A stretch of 64,000 bases of DNA from positions 5,873-69,872 of the IMG/VR virus record IMGVR_UViG_3300018427_002120, one strand, 5' to 3'. Origin of the DNA: a virus (Duplodnaviria; Caudoviricetes). The translations under genes were made by a program, and so were the position numbers. Of the stretch, positions 55,992-64,000 are shown piece after piece (position 1 is the stretch's first letter; each line of letters begins with the position of its first letter). The notes beneath the pieces are model-generated. The model searched no databases, had not been told where the DNA came from, and saw only the letters and a program-made list of their open reading frames with translations.

Positions 55992-56415
55992 ATGTGATGT
56001 GAAAATGCCGGAGGACTTTCTGATGCAGATCTCCCGGCTGGGTAAGGATTTCGATTCCATTGCCGAAACTGTCCTGGAAGCCGGCGGCGAAGTTGTCCTG
56101 CAAAAAGTGCAGGGAAACCTCTCCGCTGTGGTGGGCGCGGATACGAGATACGAATCCAGATCCACCGGCGAACTGGTGGGTTCTCTGGGTCTGTCTCCGG
56201 TGAAAGTCAATGCCCAGGGCAACCATGACATCAAAGTCGGTTTTGCCGAGCCTCGTAAGGACGGCGGCAGCAATGCCAAAATCGCCAACATTCTGGAATA
56301 CGGAAAGCATGGACAGCAGGCAAAGCCTTTCCTGAAACCGGCAAAGACTGCATCCCGGAAAGAGTGCATCAGCGCCATGCAGCGAACCTTTGAAGAGGAG
56401 GTGCAGAAGCTGTGA
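55984..56415 (+). CDS. HK97 gp10-like tail protein
   Basis: STGELVGS, ILEYG...AKPFLKPA. Confidence 0.85.
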   Translation: MAKCDVKMPEDFLMQISRLGKDFDSIAETVLEAGGEVVLQKVQGNLSAVVGADTRYESRSTGELVGSLGLSPVKVNAQGNHDIKVGFAEPRKDGGSNAKIANILEYGKHGQQAKPFLKPAKTASRKECISAMQRTFEEEVQKL

Positions 56416-56753
56416 GCATTCTGGAGGATATGGATCAGGTGCTAACCGATCTGAGAATCCCTTATTTTGCAGGTGTTTTTAAGGGCAAGGCTCCGGATAC
56501 CTATCTGGTGGTCGTGCCGCTGACGGATTCTTTTGATTTTCATGCGGATAACGCTCCCGGGTACGATATTCAAGAGGTGCGCCTTTCTCTGTACTCTAAA
56601 GGCAATTATGTGAAGGATAAAAACCGGATCATAGCAGCACTGCTCTCGCAGGGCTATACGATCACAGAACGCAGATACATCGGCTACGAAACCGAAACCG
56701 GCTACCACCACTATGCTGTGGATGTAGCTCATTACTATGAATTGGAGGAATGA
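56412..56753 (+). CDS. Tail completion/terminator protein
   Basis: Position before the major tail protein; YETETGYHHY. Confidence 0.75.
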   Translation: MSILEDMDQVLTDLRIPYFAGVFKGKAPDTYLVVVPLTDSFDFHADNAPGYDIQEVRLSLYSKGNYVKDKNRIIAALLSQGYTITERRYIGYETETGYHHYAVDVAHYYELEE

Positions 56754-56756
56754 CCT

Positions 56757-57359
56757 ATGGCAACAATCGGTCTGGATAAACTGTATTACGCACCCATCAC
56801 GGAAGATGCCGAAGGCAACGAAACCTATGGCACCCCCGTGCAGCTGGCAAAGGCCATGAGCGCGGATCTGTCCGTGGAACTGGCGGAGGCCACCCTGTAC
56901 GCGGATGACGGTGCTGCGGAGGTGGTCAAGGAATTCAAAAACGGCAAGCTGTCCCTGGGCGTGGATGACCTGGGTGCGACGGTTGCATCTGTTCTCAGCG
57001 GCTCCGTCATCGACAGCAACGGTGTTGTGGTCTATTGCAGTGAGGACGGCGGCACTCCCGTGGCCATCGGCTTCCGGGCAAAGAAGGCCAACGGCAAGTA
57101 TAAGTATTTCTGGCTGTATAAGGTGAAGTTCGGCATCCCCGGTACGGTGCTTGCCACCAAGGGCGACAGCATCACCTTCTCTACACCCACCATTGAGGGT
57201 ACCATTCTGCGCCGGAACAAGCCGGACGATAACGGCAAGCATCCCTGGAAGGCAGAAGTGACCGAAGGTGATGCCAACGTCACCGCTACCGTTATTACCA
57301 ACTGGTATAACGAAGTGTACGAACCCACCTATGGTGCCGTAGCACCCACTGACGAATAA
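56757..57359 (+). CDS. Major tail protein (phi13 family)
   Basis: IGLDKLYYA, LYADDG, WLYKVKF. Confidence 0.9.
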   Translation: MATIGLDKLYYAPITEDAEGNETYGTPVQLAKAMSADLSVELAEATLYADDGAAEVVKEFKNGKLSLGVDDLGATVASVLSGSVIDSNGVVVYCSEDGGTPVAIGFRAKKANGKYKYFWLYKVKFGIPGTVLATKGDSITFSTPTIEGTILRRNKPDDNGKHPWKAEVTEGDANVTATVITNWYNEVYEPTYGAVAPTDE

Positions 57360-57373
57360 GGAGGATCTGACCT

Positions 57374-57757
57374 ATGGATATGGAACGCAGTGCCGTGATC
57401 ACCATCGGCGGTGAAGAATATGCCCTGATTCTCACCACCAAGGCCACCAAGGACATCGCCGGTCGCTACGGTGGTCTGGAGAATCTGGGCGATAAGCTGA
57501 TGAAGTCCGAAAACTTCGAATTGGCCATCTCCGAAATCGTCTGGCTCATCACCCTGCTGGCCAACCAGAGTCTGCTGATCCACAATCTCCGGAATCCCGA
57601 TTCCCGTCGCACCCTGCTGACGGAGGAAATGGTGGAACTGCTGACCACCCCTGTGGAACTGGGTGATTTCAAGAGTGCCATCACCGAATGTCTGCTGAAA
57701 GGTACCAAACGGCATATCGAAAGCGAGGCAGACACAAAAAACGCGGCAGTCGGGTAA
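57374..57757 (+). CDS. Tail assembly chaperone
   Basis: Position after MTP; ends with slippery A AAA AAC. Confidence 0.85.
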   Translation: MDMERSAVITIGGEEYALILTTKATKDIAGRYGGLENLGDKLMKSENFELAISEIVWLITLLANQSLLIHNLRNPDSRRTLLTEEMVELLTTPVELGDFKSAITECLLKGTKRHIESEADTKNAAVG

Positions 57758-57945
57758 GTGACGAAGAGTTATTTACCCGACTGCTTTATTACGGCATCGG
57801 CCTGCTGCATCTTTCCTGGGAGGAAGTCTGGCTGATGCCTTTTGGCTTACTCCTGGATCTCTGGGAGTGCCACAAGCAGTATAACGGTATTGCAAAACCC
57901 AGACGGGAGGTCTTTATCGATGAGATCATCCCGCCAGGTATATAA
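57736..57945 (+). CDS. -1 frameshift extension of the tail chaperone (gpGT-like)
   Basis: A AAA AAC at 57736-57742 leads into -1 frame ...LFTRLLYYG...WLMPFGLLLDLWE. Confidence 0.8.
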   Translation, partial: KKRGSRVSDEELFTRLLYYGIGLLHLSWEEVWLMPFGLLLDLWECHKQYNGIAKPRREVFIDEIIPPGI

Positions 57946-57947
57946 AA

Positions 57948-57978
57948 ATCCCATCCAGCATGATTAGCTGGATGGGAT
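57948..57978. terminator. Terminator between the chaperone and the convergent TA module
   Basis: ATCCCATCCAGC / GCTGGATGGGAT. Confidence 0.7.
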
Positions 57979-57984
57979 GCGCGA

Positions 57985-58314
57985 TTATAAATTGTGTTTG
58001 CTTGCACGATGCTGCGCAGTTTCGTAGACCTCTTCATCTTCTCTGGCTCCAATTACCACAACAAGCATTTCCGTTTCGGTCTGGATTAGTTTGTAGATCA
58101 CCCGAATACCGGCACTCCTGAGCTTGATTTTTAAGAAACCGGATAAGTCATTTCCTCTTTTATTTCCCAGAGGTTTTCCATACCCGCCTTCCTGTGCAGG
58201 AAGAGGGTTTTCAAGAACCTTATTGATGGCTTTAACAACCATTAACCGTTGGTTTCCGGCAAGGTTTTTTAAGTCTTTTGCTGCTTCTGGTAGATAAACA
58301 AGCTTCCATTTCAT
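57985..58314 (-). CDS. RelE/ParE-family toxin
   Basis: WKLVYLPEAAKDL, GYGKPL...LSGFLKIKL, IRVIY, VIGARE. Confidence 0.9.
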   Translation of the reverse strand: MKWKLVYLPEAAKDLKNLAGNQRLMVVKAINKVLENPLPAQEGGYGKPLGNKRGNDLSGFLKIKLRSAGIRVIYKLIQTETEMLVVVIGAREDEEVYETAQHRASKHNL

Positions 58315-58634
58315 TCGATGTCTACCTCACCAATTTCATCCAGATCTGCCTGAGAGATACCCAATTCTGCATAAAGTGCATCACCGGAAATGACAGATGC
58401 AGGATTGTAGTGAGCCATACGCTCGGTAGCCATGGTAAGAAGTCTTGCATCGTTAACCTCGTCCATCAAACGAAGGTACTCATCGGGAGCAAGCAGAACA
58501 CATTCAGCGATGTTGTTTTTCATGACAACTTTTGCTCCGGTCTGCTTTACTTCTTCAAAAATTTTTCCTGCTAAGCCTCTGTTAAAAAGGGATATAGAAA
58601 CAGTATTTCTAATCGCACTTGCAATATTAACCAT
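58311..58634 (-). CDS. Phd/YefM-like antitoxin
   Basis: VSISLFNRG..KIFEEV...KVVMKNN; ATGA overlap with the toxin. Confidence 0.85.
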   Translation of the reverse strand: MVNIASAIRNTVSISLFNRGLAGKIFEEVKQTGAKVVMKNNIAECVLLAPDEYLRLMDEVNDARLLTMATERMAHYNPASVISGDALYAELGISQADLDEIGEVDIE

Positions 58635-58780
58635 AATGTTCACCTCCGCATATTCAGTATATCATAGCACGGCAAAAAGATCAATAGTTTTGCTGATAAA
58701 TTTACTGATGTTTTTGCTGCTCAATATATTATATGCGAAATAAAACCTCATGATACCAAATGCTTTAGAAGGGAGGAAAA

Positions 58781-61249
58781 ATGTCTGATTCTTTCGGCTT
58801 AAAAATCGGTCTGGAGGGTGAAAAGGAATTTAAGAAGGCCCTCACCGAGATCAACCAGTCCTTCAAAGTGCTGGGATCGGAAATGAAGCTGGTTTCCTCC
58901 CAGTTTGATAAAAATGATACCTCTGCCGAGGCTCTGGCGGCAAAGCATAAGGTGCTTTCCAAGGAGATCGATCAGCAGAAGGAAAAAATCGAAATGCTCC
59001 GTAAAGCATTGCAGAATGCCACGGAGTCCTTCGGTGAGAACGATAAGCGCACCCAGCAGTGGCAGATCCAGCTGAACAATGCCGAAGCCGCACTGAATGA
59101 TATGGAGAGGGAAATGGCTCAGACTGCGGAGGAAGCAGATGATCTGGGCGAAGAATTGGAGGAATCTGCGGACGCTGCGGAAAAGTCCGGTAGCAAGTTC
59201 GAGAACCTGGGAAAGGTTCTGAAAACAGTCGGTACAGCCATGGGCACGGTGGTTGTTGCCGCCGGTGCCGCTGCCATCAAACTGGGTACGGAAGTTGTCC
59301 AGCAGTTTGGTGAGCTGGAGCAGAATCTGGGTGGCTCGGTGGCTGTATTCGGAGAATATGCGGCAGAAATCCAGAAAACAGGCGAAGATGCCTATCGTAA
59401 CCTGGGCCTGTCCCAGAGTGAATATTTGGCCACAGCCAATAAGATGGGCGCCCTGTTCCAGGGTGCCGGTCTGTCTCAGCAGAAAAGCCTGGATCTGACT
59501 ACCCAGGCCATGCAGAGAACTGCGGACATGGCATCTGTTATGGGCATTGATATGTCCATGGCCATGGAGTCCGTTGCCGGTGCCGCCAAAGGTAACTTCA
59601 CCATGATGGACAACCTTGGCGTTGCCATGAATGCCACCAACATTGAAGCCTATGCCCTGGGTAAGGGTTTTGACTTCTGCTGGGATAAAGCGTCCCAGGC
59701 AGAGAAGGCCGAAATGGCCATGATGATGTTCCTGGAAAACACCCAGCAGTACGCTGGCAACTTTGAACGGGAAGCTACCGAGAGCATCACCGGCTCCATT
59801 GGCTTGCTCCAGGCGGCTGTCGGTTCCTTTACCGCAGGCCTCGGCAATGCCAATGCGGATATGGTGAATCTGACCCAAAATGTAGTGGATGCCTTCCAGG
59901 CTGTGGTGACCAATGTGGTGCCGATCATAGAAAATGTGATCGCCGCATTGCCCATCGCCATGGAGGGCATTCTTTCTGCCGTAAGCAGTTTGCTTCCGGT
60001 TTTACTGGAAACCGCAGGCAGCCTTTTTTCTCAGGTTCTCTCTGCGCTCCTCGGAATGCTGCCGGGTCTGATTCCCGTTGCGGTACAGGCAGTTTTAACG
60101 GTGGCAGATTCTATCGTCGGCAGTTTGCCACTCTTGGTGGAGTCGGCGGGAATGTTGGTTTTGGGCCTGATTGAGGGTCTGAACGCGGCCTTGCCGGATT
60201 TGCTGCCCTCTGCGGTACTGGCCGTGGTCACCGTGGTAGAAGGGCTGCTGGGCAGTCTCGATTTATTGATCGCGGCGGCGCTCCAGCTGATCCAAAGTCT
60301 GGCAGAGGGTCTGCTCACTGCCATTCCTGTTTTGCTGGAATCCACCCCGGTCATCATGGATTCCCTGGTGACCTCGATTCTCAGTTGTATCCCTCTGATC
60401 ATCCAGACGGGTGTCCAATTGCTCACTTCTTTGATTTCCCATCTGGATGTAATCATAGGCACCATTCTCACAGCAGTCCCGTTGATCATAGAAAACCTGG
60501 TCTCTGCCATTTTGGGCTCCATTCCACAATTGGTGGAAGCGGGAGTCAGTTTGCTGATTTCTTTGATCCAGAATCTGCCACTCATCATTTCCACCATCCT
60601 CACTGCCGTTCCTATGATCGTGGGAAGTTTAAGTTCTACCATAGTCGGCAGCAGCGGCGAAATCGTGGCCGCAGGTGTAAAATTGCTGGTTTCTCTGATC
60701 GGTAATTTGCCGTCCATTCTGGTAGAAATTCTCAAGGCTGTGCCGGTGATTCTTTCCGGTCTGGTCTCGGCATTTGGAGAGGGTGTATCTCAGCTTCAAA
60801 ATGTGGGTGCCAATCTGGTGCGTGGCCTCTGGTCTGGAATCCAGTCCCTGGCGGGGTGGTTATGGAACAAGGTGTCTGCCTGGATCAGTTCCATCTGGGA
60901 CGGCATCTGCAATTTCTTCGGCATCAGATCTCCTTCCCGTGAAATGCAGTGGGTGGGCGAAATGCTGGTGAAGGGCCTGTCTGGCTCCATTGAGGACAAT
61001 GGTGATGATGCGGTGAAGGCCGCCGAAGCTATGGCTGGCGACATCAATGATGTTATGCATGGTCTGGCTGCGGATCTGTCTACAAGCCTGCCTTCTCAGA
61101 TTGATGTGAACGGCAACATCGGTACCAACGGCATTCCCGGTACCACAGCGGCACAGACCGTGATCAACATCTATCCTCAGACTCTGGATGAGGCGACCAT
61201 CGACTATCTGTTCGTGAAATTCAATGCAAGACTGGGGGCGGCGATTTGA
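58781..61249 (+). CDS. Tape measure protein
   Basis: GLKIGLEGEKEFK, coiled coil, long amphipathic helical repeats. Confidence 0.93.
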   Translation: MSDSFGLKIGLEGEKEFKKALTEINQSFKVLGSEMKLVSSQFDKNDTSAEALAAKHKVLSKEIDQQKEKIEMLRKALQNATESFGENDKRTQQWQIQLNNAEAALNDMEREMAQTAEEADDLGEELEESADAAEKSGSKFENLGKVLKTVGTAMGTVVVAAGAAAIKLGTEVVQQFGELEQNLGGSVAVFGEYAAEIQKTGEDAYRNLGLSQSEYLATANKMGALFQGAGLSQQKSLDLTTQAMQRTADMASVMGIDMSMAMESVAGAAKGNFTMMDNLGVAMNATNIEAYALGKGFDFCWDKASQAEKAEMAMMMFLENTQQYAGNFEREATESITGSIGLLQAAVGSFTAGLGNANADMVNLTQNVVDAFQAVVTNVVPIIENVIAALPIAMEGILSAVSSLLPVLLETAGSLFSQVLSALLGMLPGLIPVAVQAVLTVADSIVGSLPLLVESAGMLVLGLIEGLNAALPDLLPSAVLAVVTVVEGLLGSLDLLIAAALQLIQSLAEGLLTAIPVLLESTPVIMDSLVTSILSCIPLIIQTGVQLLTSLISHLDVIIGTILTAVPLIIENLVSAILGSIPQLVEAGVSLLISLIQNLPLIISTILTAVPMIVGSLSSTIVGSSGEIVAAGVKLLVSLIGNLPSILVEILKAVPVILSGLVSAFGEGVSQLQNVGANLVRGLWSGIQSLAGWLWNKVSAWISSIWDGICNFFGIRSPSREMQWVGEMLVKGLSGSIEDNGDDAVKAAEAMAGDINDVMHGLAADLSTSLPSQIDVNGNIGTNGIPGTTAAQTVINIYPQTLDEATIDYLFVKFNARLGAAI

Positions 61250-62118
61250 GAAAGTTCTATATGGAAAACAATCTGGGTGTCAGACGTGCCTTAAATGGCG
61301 AGTCTGGCATTTTTCTTTCCAACCCCACAGGACTGGGCCTTTCTCTGTCGCCCTCCTTCGCAGATCTGCATAAGGGTTTTTTCCGGGCAGTCAGCGGTGA
61401 GTCCGAACCTCAGACCACGGTGGCCTGCGATCTGGTGTTCATCGGTGCCAATGCCTATGAAGATTACCGGGAGTTTGTGGACTGGTGTACCGCCTCGGAG
61501 GAACTGTTTCTGGTGTATAAGCCCTACGGAACCAAAGAGTTCTTCCGGGGCATCAAGCTGAACTATCTGACCAAGACGGAACTAACGGACACACGCTGGC
61601 TGTCCGTTCCTGCCTCCATGGCCTGCACGACTCCCTGGTATACAGCAACACCCTCCCGGATGACCATGTCTTCCGAGGAAGGCAGTGTGCTTCGGTATCC
61701 CTTCCAGTATAACTCCGCTCTGATCTACAGTTCCTCCAACGCAGGCAGCATGGCGGCAGATGTCAGTGCGGAAGGTCATATTCCGGCGGCTTTCGTGTTC
61801 ACCTATGTGGGTGGCATCATCAACCCCAAGCTGATCCTCAAGGGAACAGACTCCGGGAAAGTCTACGGCACCTGTGCTTTGAACCTCACCACAAACAGTG
61901 GCGACACCCTTGAGATCTCCACCAAGTACGGCAACAGCTATGTGACCGTAACGGATTCCAACGGCAAGGTTACAGATGCCGTTGCCTATCTGGATCTTGC
62001 TTATGAACCCTTTCCCCGGATTCCCATTGATGAGGACTGCACCTTGTACCTTTCAGCAGATGAGGCGGTGGAGGGTACGGCAACCGTCCGGGTCTATTAC
62101 TACTATCGGAGTGTGTAA
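61246..62118 (+). CDS. Distal tail (Dit)-like protein
   Basis: Position after TMP, 290 aa. Confidence 0.75.
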   Translation: MRKFYMENNLGVRRALNGESGIFLSNPTGLGLSLSPSFADLHKGFFRAVSGESEPQTTVACDLVFIGANAYEDYREFVDWCTASEELFLVYKPYGTKEFFRGIKLNYLTKTELTDTRWLSVPASMACTTPWYTATPSRMTMSSEEGSVLRYPFQYNSALIYSSSNAGSMAADVSAEGHIPAAFVFTYVGGIINPKLILKGTDSGKVYGTCALNLTTNSGDTLEISTKYGNSYVTVTDSNGKVTDAVAYLDLAYEPFPRIPIDEDCTLYLSADEAVEGTATVRVYYYYRSV

Positions 62119-62120
62119 CC

Positions 62121-63086
62121 ATGATCGCCTTTGTAAAAAGCAGAAAAAATTTCAGAACCGTTGCCGCGGCAGAGGCAGTTGCATGGGAGGTCCCTCTGGC
62201 ATCCATAGAGGACGATGTTGGCAGCATCACACTCTGCGGCACTACGGTCAGCCGGGGCAACGAGGGTGACTTCCTCATCATGGACGGCCATATTTGGCTC
62301 ATTGACCAGGTGTCTCCGGAAGAGCAGCAGACCGTGGTCAATGTTATGGATGTCCGCTGCGTCTTTGACAGACTGCTGCCTTATGCAGAAAGCGACCTCT
62401 CCATTGGCAACTATCTGGCCCGGGAACTGGAGCTGCATTACAAGGCCTGTCCGGACGATGCCTATGCCATGCCGTATTTGCAGATCAGCAATACGGACAT
62501 GACCGCATTCCTTGGCCCCACCGTAACCGATGGCCTGTACAGTCTGAAAACCTATATGCGAAAGGTCAACCGCCTCCGGGATGTCCAGGTGAAATTCTCT
62601 GTGTCCGGTGACGCTCTCATCATTCAGATTTATCACAGAGACAGACCCACTCACAACATCGTGTTTGACGATGGCAGGTCGCAGCTGATCTCCCGTTCCT
62701 ACAGCCGCTCCTCCGTGGCAAAGGTTACGGCATACCAGTTTGGTGTGGGTGTGGATTACTACCTCACGGAAGACGGTGATATCACCACTTCCGTCCCGAT
62801 CCGCAGACCGGATGGTGAATGGAAGGTGGTGGCGTTGGAAGATGAAGCGGATATGGCCGAACAGGTCAGCGACATCTTTTCCCAGAATTCCAACAGCCAC
62901 AAGATCGAGTGGCGCAGCACCCGTGCTTTTGATCTATACGACAATACCCGGATTCGTCTGGACGGAGGCCTTATGACCTCCTACATTTCCTACATCGGAA
63001 TTTCTTCTTCCGATAACCGATTCCATTACAAAAGCGGCGAACTGGCAACCACTCTGACAGAACGCCTGAAAGGAGGAAAACTGTGA
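62121..63086 (+). CDS. Tail hub/Tal-like protein
   Basis: Position after Dit; C-terminal DLYDNTRI...ISYIGI. Confidence 0.65.
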   Translation: MIAFVKSRKNFRTVAAAEAVAWEVPLASIEDDVGSITLCGTTVSRGNEGDFLIMDGHIWLIDQVSPEEQQTVVNVMDVRCVFDRLLPYAESDLSIGNYLARELELHYKACPDDAYAMPYLQISNTDMTAFLGPTVTDGLYSLKTYMRKVNRLRDVQVKFSVSGDALIIQIYHRDRPTHNIVFDDGRSQLISRSYSRSSVAKVTAYQFGVGVDYYLTEDGDITTSVPIRRPDGEWKVVALEDEADMAEQVSDIFSQNSNSHKIEWRSTRAFDLYDNTRIRLDGGLMTSYISYIGISSSDNRFHYKSGELATTLTERLKGGKL

Positions 63087-64000
63087 GCAATATTCATGGT
63101 ATTAACTTTGACAACCAGACCGTTACCGCAAAGGATCATGGACGGCTGTTCCAATGCCTGGTGACCGACGGCATTATGAGCGGCTGCGGTGTTTCCTTTA
63201 GCGGAACATCCCTGACTATTTCTCCCGGCTACTTTATTGCCGCAGGACGGCAGATGAAGCTGACCTCCAATACCACGGTCACAGTGGACGGCGGCACCAG
63301 CGGTTATGCCCGGGTGGTTTTAAAGCTGGATTTTACCCAGGTAGCCACAGCGGACACTTTTGAACAGGCAGACTTTGTGGTGGAATATGCGTCCTCCGAA
63401 GCCGCTTTTTCTTCTCTGACCCGGGAGGACATCAACGGCAGCGGAACGCAGTATGAGTTCGTATTCTGCACCCTGACCCTGGGCAGTGCGGGTATCGCTT
63501 CCATTATTTCCACGGCGGCAGAATCTATGGTGTATCTGCCCGTGATCACCAGTGACCATCTGGGCAGTGCCTGTGTGATTACCGGAAAGATCGCCAGCAA
63601 TGCTGTCACATCCGGAAAAATCGCATCCGCTGCGGTCACCACGGAAAAGCTGGCTGATGCCGCTGTCACCACGGCAAAGATTGCCGATGGCAATGTATCT
63701 TCCGGTAAAATCGCCGACGGTGCCGTTGTTGCTGCCAAAATCGGCAGCGGTGCGGTGACCACGGTGAAGATTGCGGATTTGAATGTGACCACCGCAAAAA
63801 TTGCTGCCGCTGCGGTCACCACAGCAAAGATTGCTGACGGTGCAGTGACCATCGCCAAGGGCGGTACCGGTTCCAGTAATGGTGCCACCGGCCTTGCCAA
63901 TCTTCTGGCGGCAGGCTACACGGTGCTGAGTGCCAATCAGTACGGCACCGCACTTCCCACAGCCGGTACCAAGGGCAGAATTTTCTTCAAGAAGGTGTAA
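63083..64000 (+). CDS. Upper baseplate/tail fibre protein with 10-aa repeats
   Basis: N-terminal baseplate-like domain; [10 protein letters not shown]-type repeats; TAA at 63998-64000. Confidence 0.75.
   Translation: MSNIHGINFDNQTVTAKDHGRLFQCLVTDGIMSGCGVSFSGTSLTISPGYFIAAGRQMKLTSNTTVTVDGGTSGYARVVLKLDFTQVATADTFEQADFVVEYASSEAAFSSLTREDINGSGTQYEFVFCTLTLGSAGIASIISTAAESMVYLPVITSDHLGSACVITGKIASNAVTSGKIASAAVTTEKLADAAVTTAKIADGNVSSGKIADGAVVAAKIGSGAVTTVKIADLNVTTAKIAAAAVTTAKIADGAVTIAKGGTGSSNGATGLANLLAAGYTVLSANQYGTALPTAGTKGRIFFKKV
63542..63860 (+). repeat. About 10 tandem 30-bp (10-aa) repeats
   Basis: [90 protein letters not shown]. Confidence 0.9.

Larger units (their letters stand above)
30098..64000. 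mobile_element. HK97-like siphovirus prophage (left boundary uncertain, right end beyond window)
   Basis: Contiguous control, replication, packaging, head and tail modules in canonical order. Confidence 0.95.

Noticed and set aside
1-64000. CRISPR array or cas genes
   Set aside because: No regularly spaced 25-40 bp repeats with unique spacers seen; no cas motifs
62121-64000. Diversity-generating retroelement acting on tail genes
   Set aside because: No reverse transcriptase or TR/VR repeat pair in the window; cannot exclude one beyond 64000

Overview
The window comes from a Firmicutes (Clostridia-like) chromosome, inferred from the AGGAGG RBSs, sigma-A promoters and gene families. It is entirely accessory DNA in three blocks. 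(1) 1-13186 is the right part of an integrative element ending at a duplicated 3' half of tRNA-Met(CAT). It carries a D5/P4-type helicase, a catalytically dead integrase-like protein and a decayed copy, an amidoligase plus class II glutamine amidotransferase pair, a resolvase, and a defence-like cluster (KAP NTPase+HNH, AAA-PD-(D/E)XK, HEPN-like+MNT). (2) 13424-29778 is a complete type 1 BREX operon (brxA-brxB-brxC-pglX-pglZ-brxL) on the minus strand. It has an HTH gene in front, two extra genes inserted inside and two unknown genes appended. (3) About 30100-64000 is an HK97-like siphovirus prophage: S24 repressor/Y-family polymerase switch, sigma-like regulator, replication genes, an Abi-family gene with a downstream small-RNA locus, HNH/terminase, MetK and two DNA methyltransferases, then head and tail genes with a type II TA moron. 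Its integrase and lysis genes are not in the window. The strongest leads are the Abi gene with its own promoter-hairpin-terminator small RNA, an RBS-bearing alternative-frame ORF nested in the C5 methyltransferase, the expanded BREX locus next to a phage MetK, the amidoligase/GATase pair, and a sigma4-alphaCTD fusion. All family assignments come from motif recognition by eye; no database searches were run.
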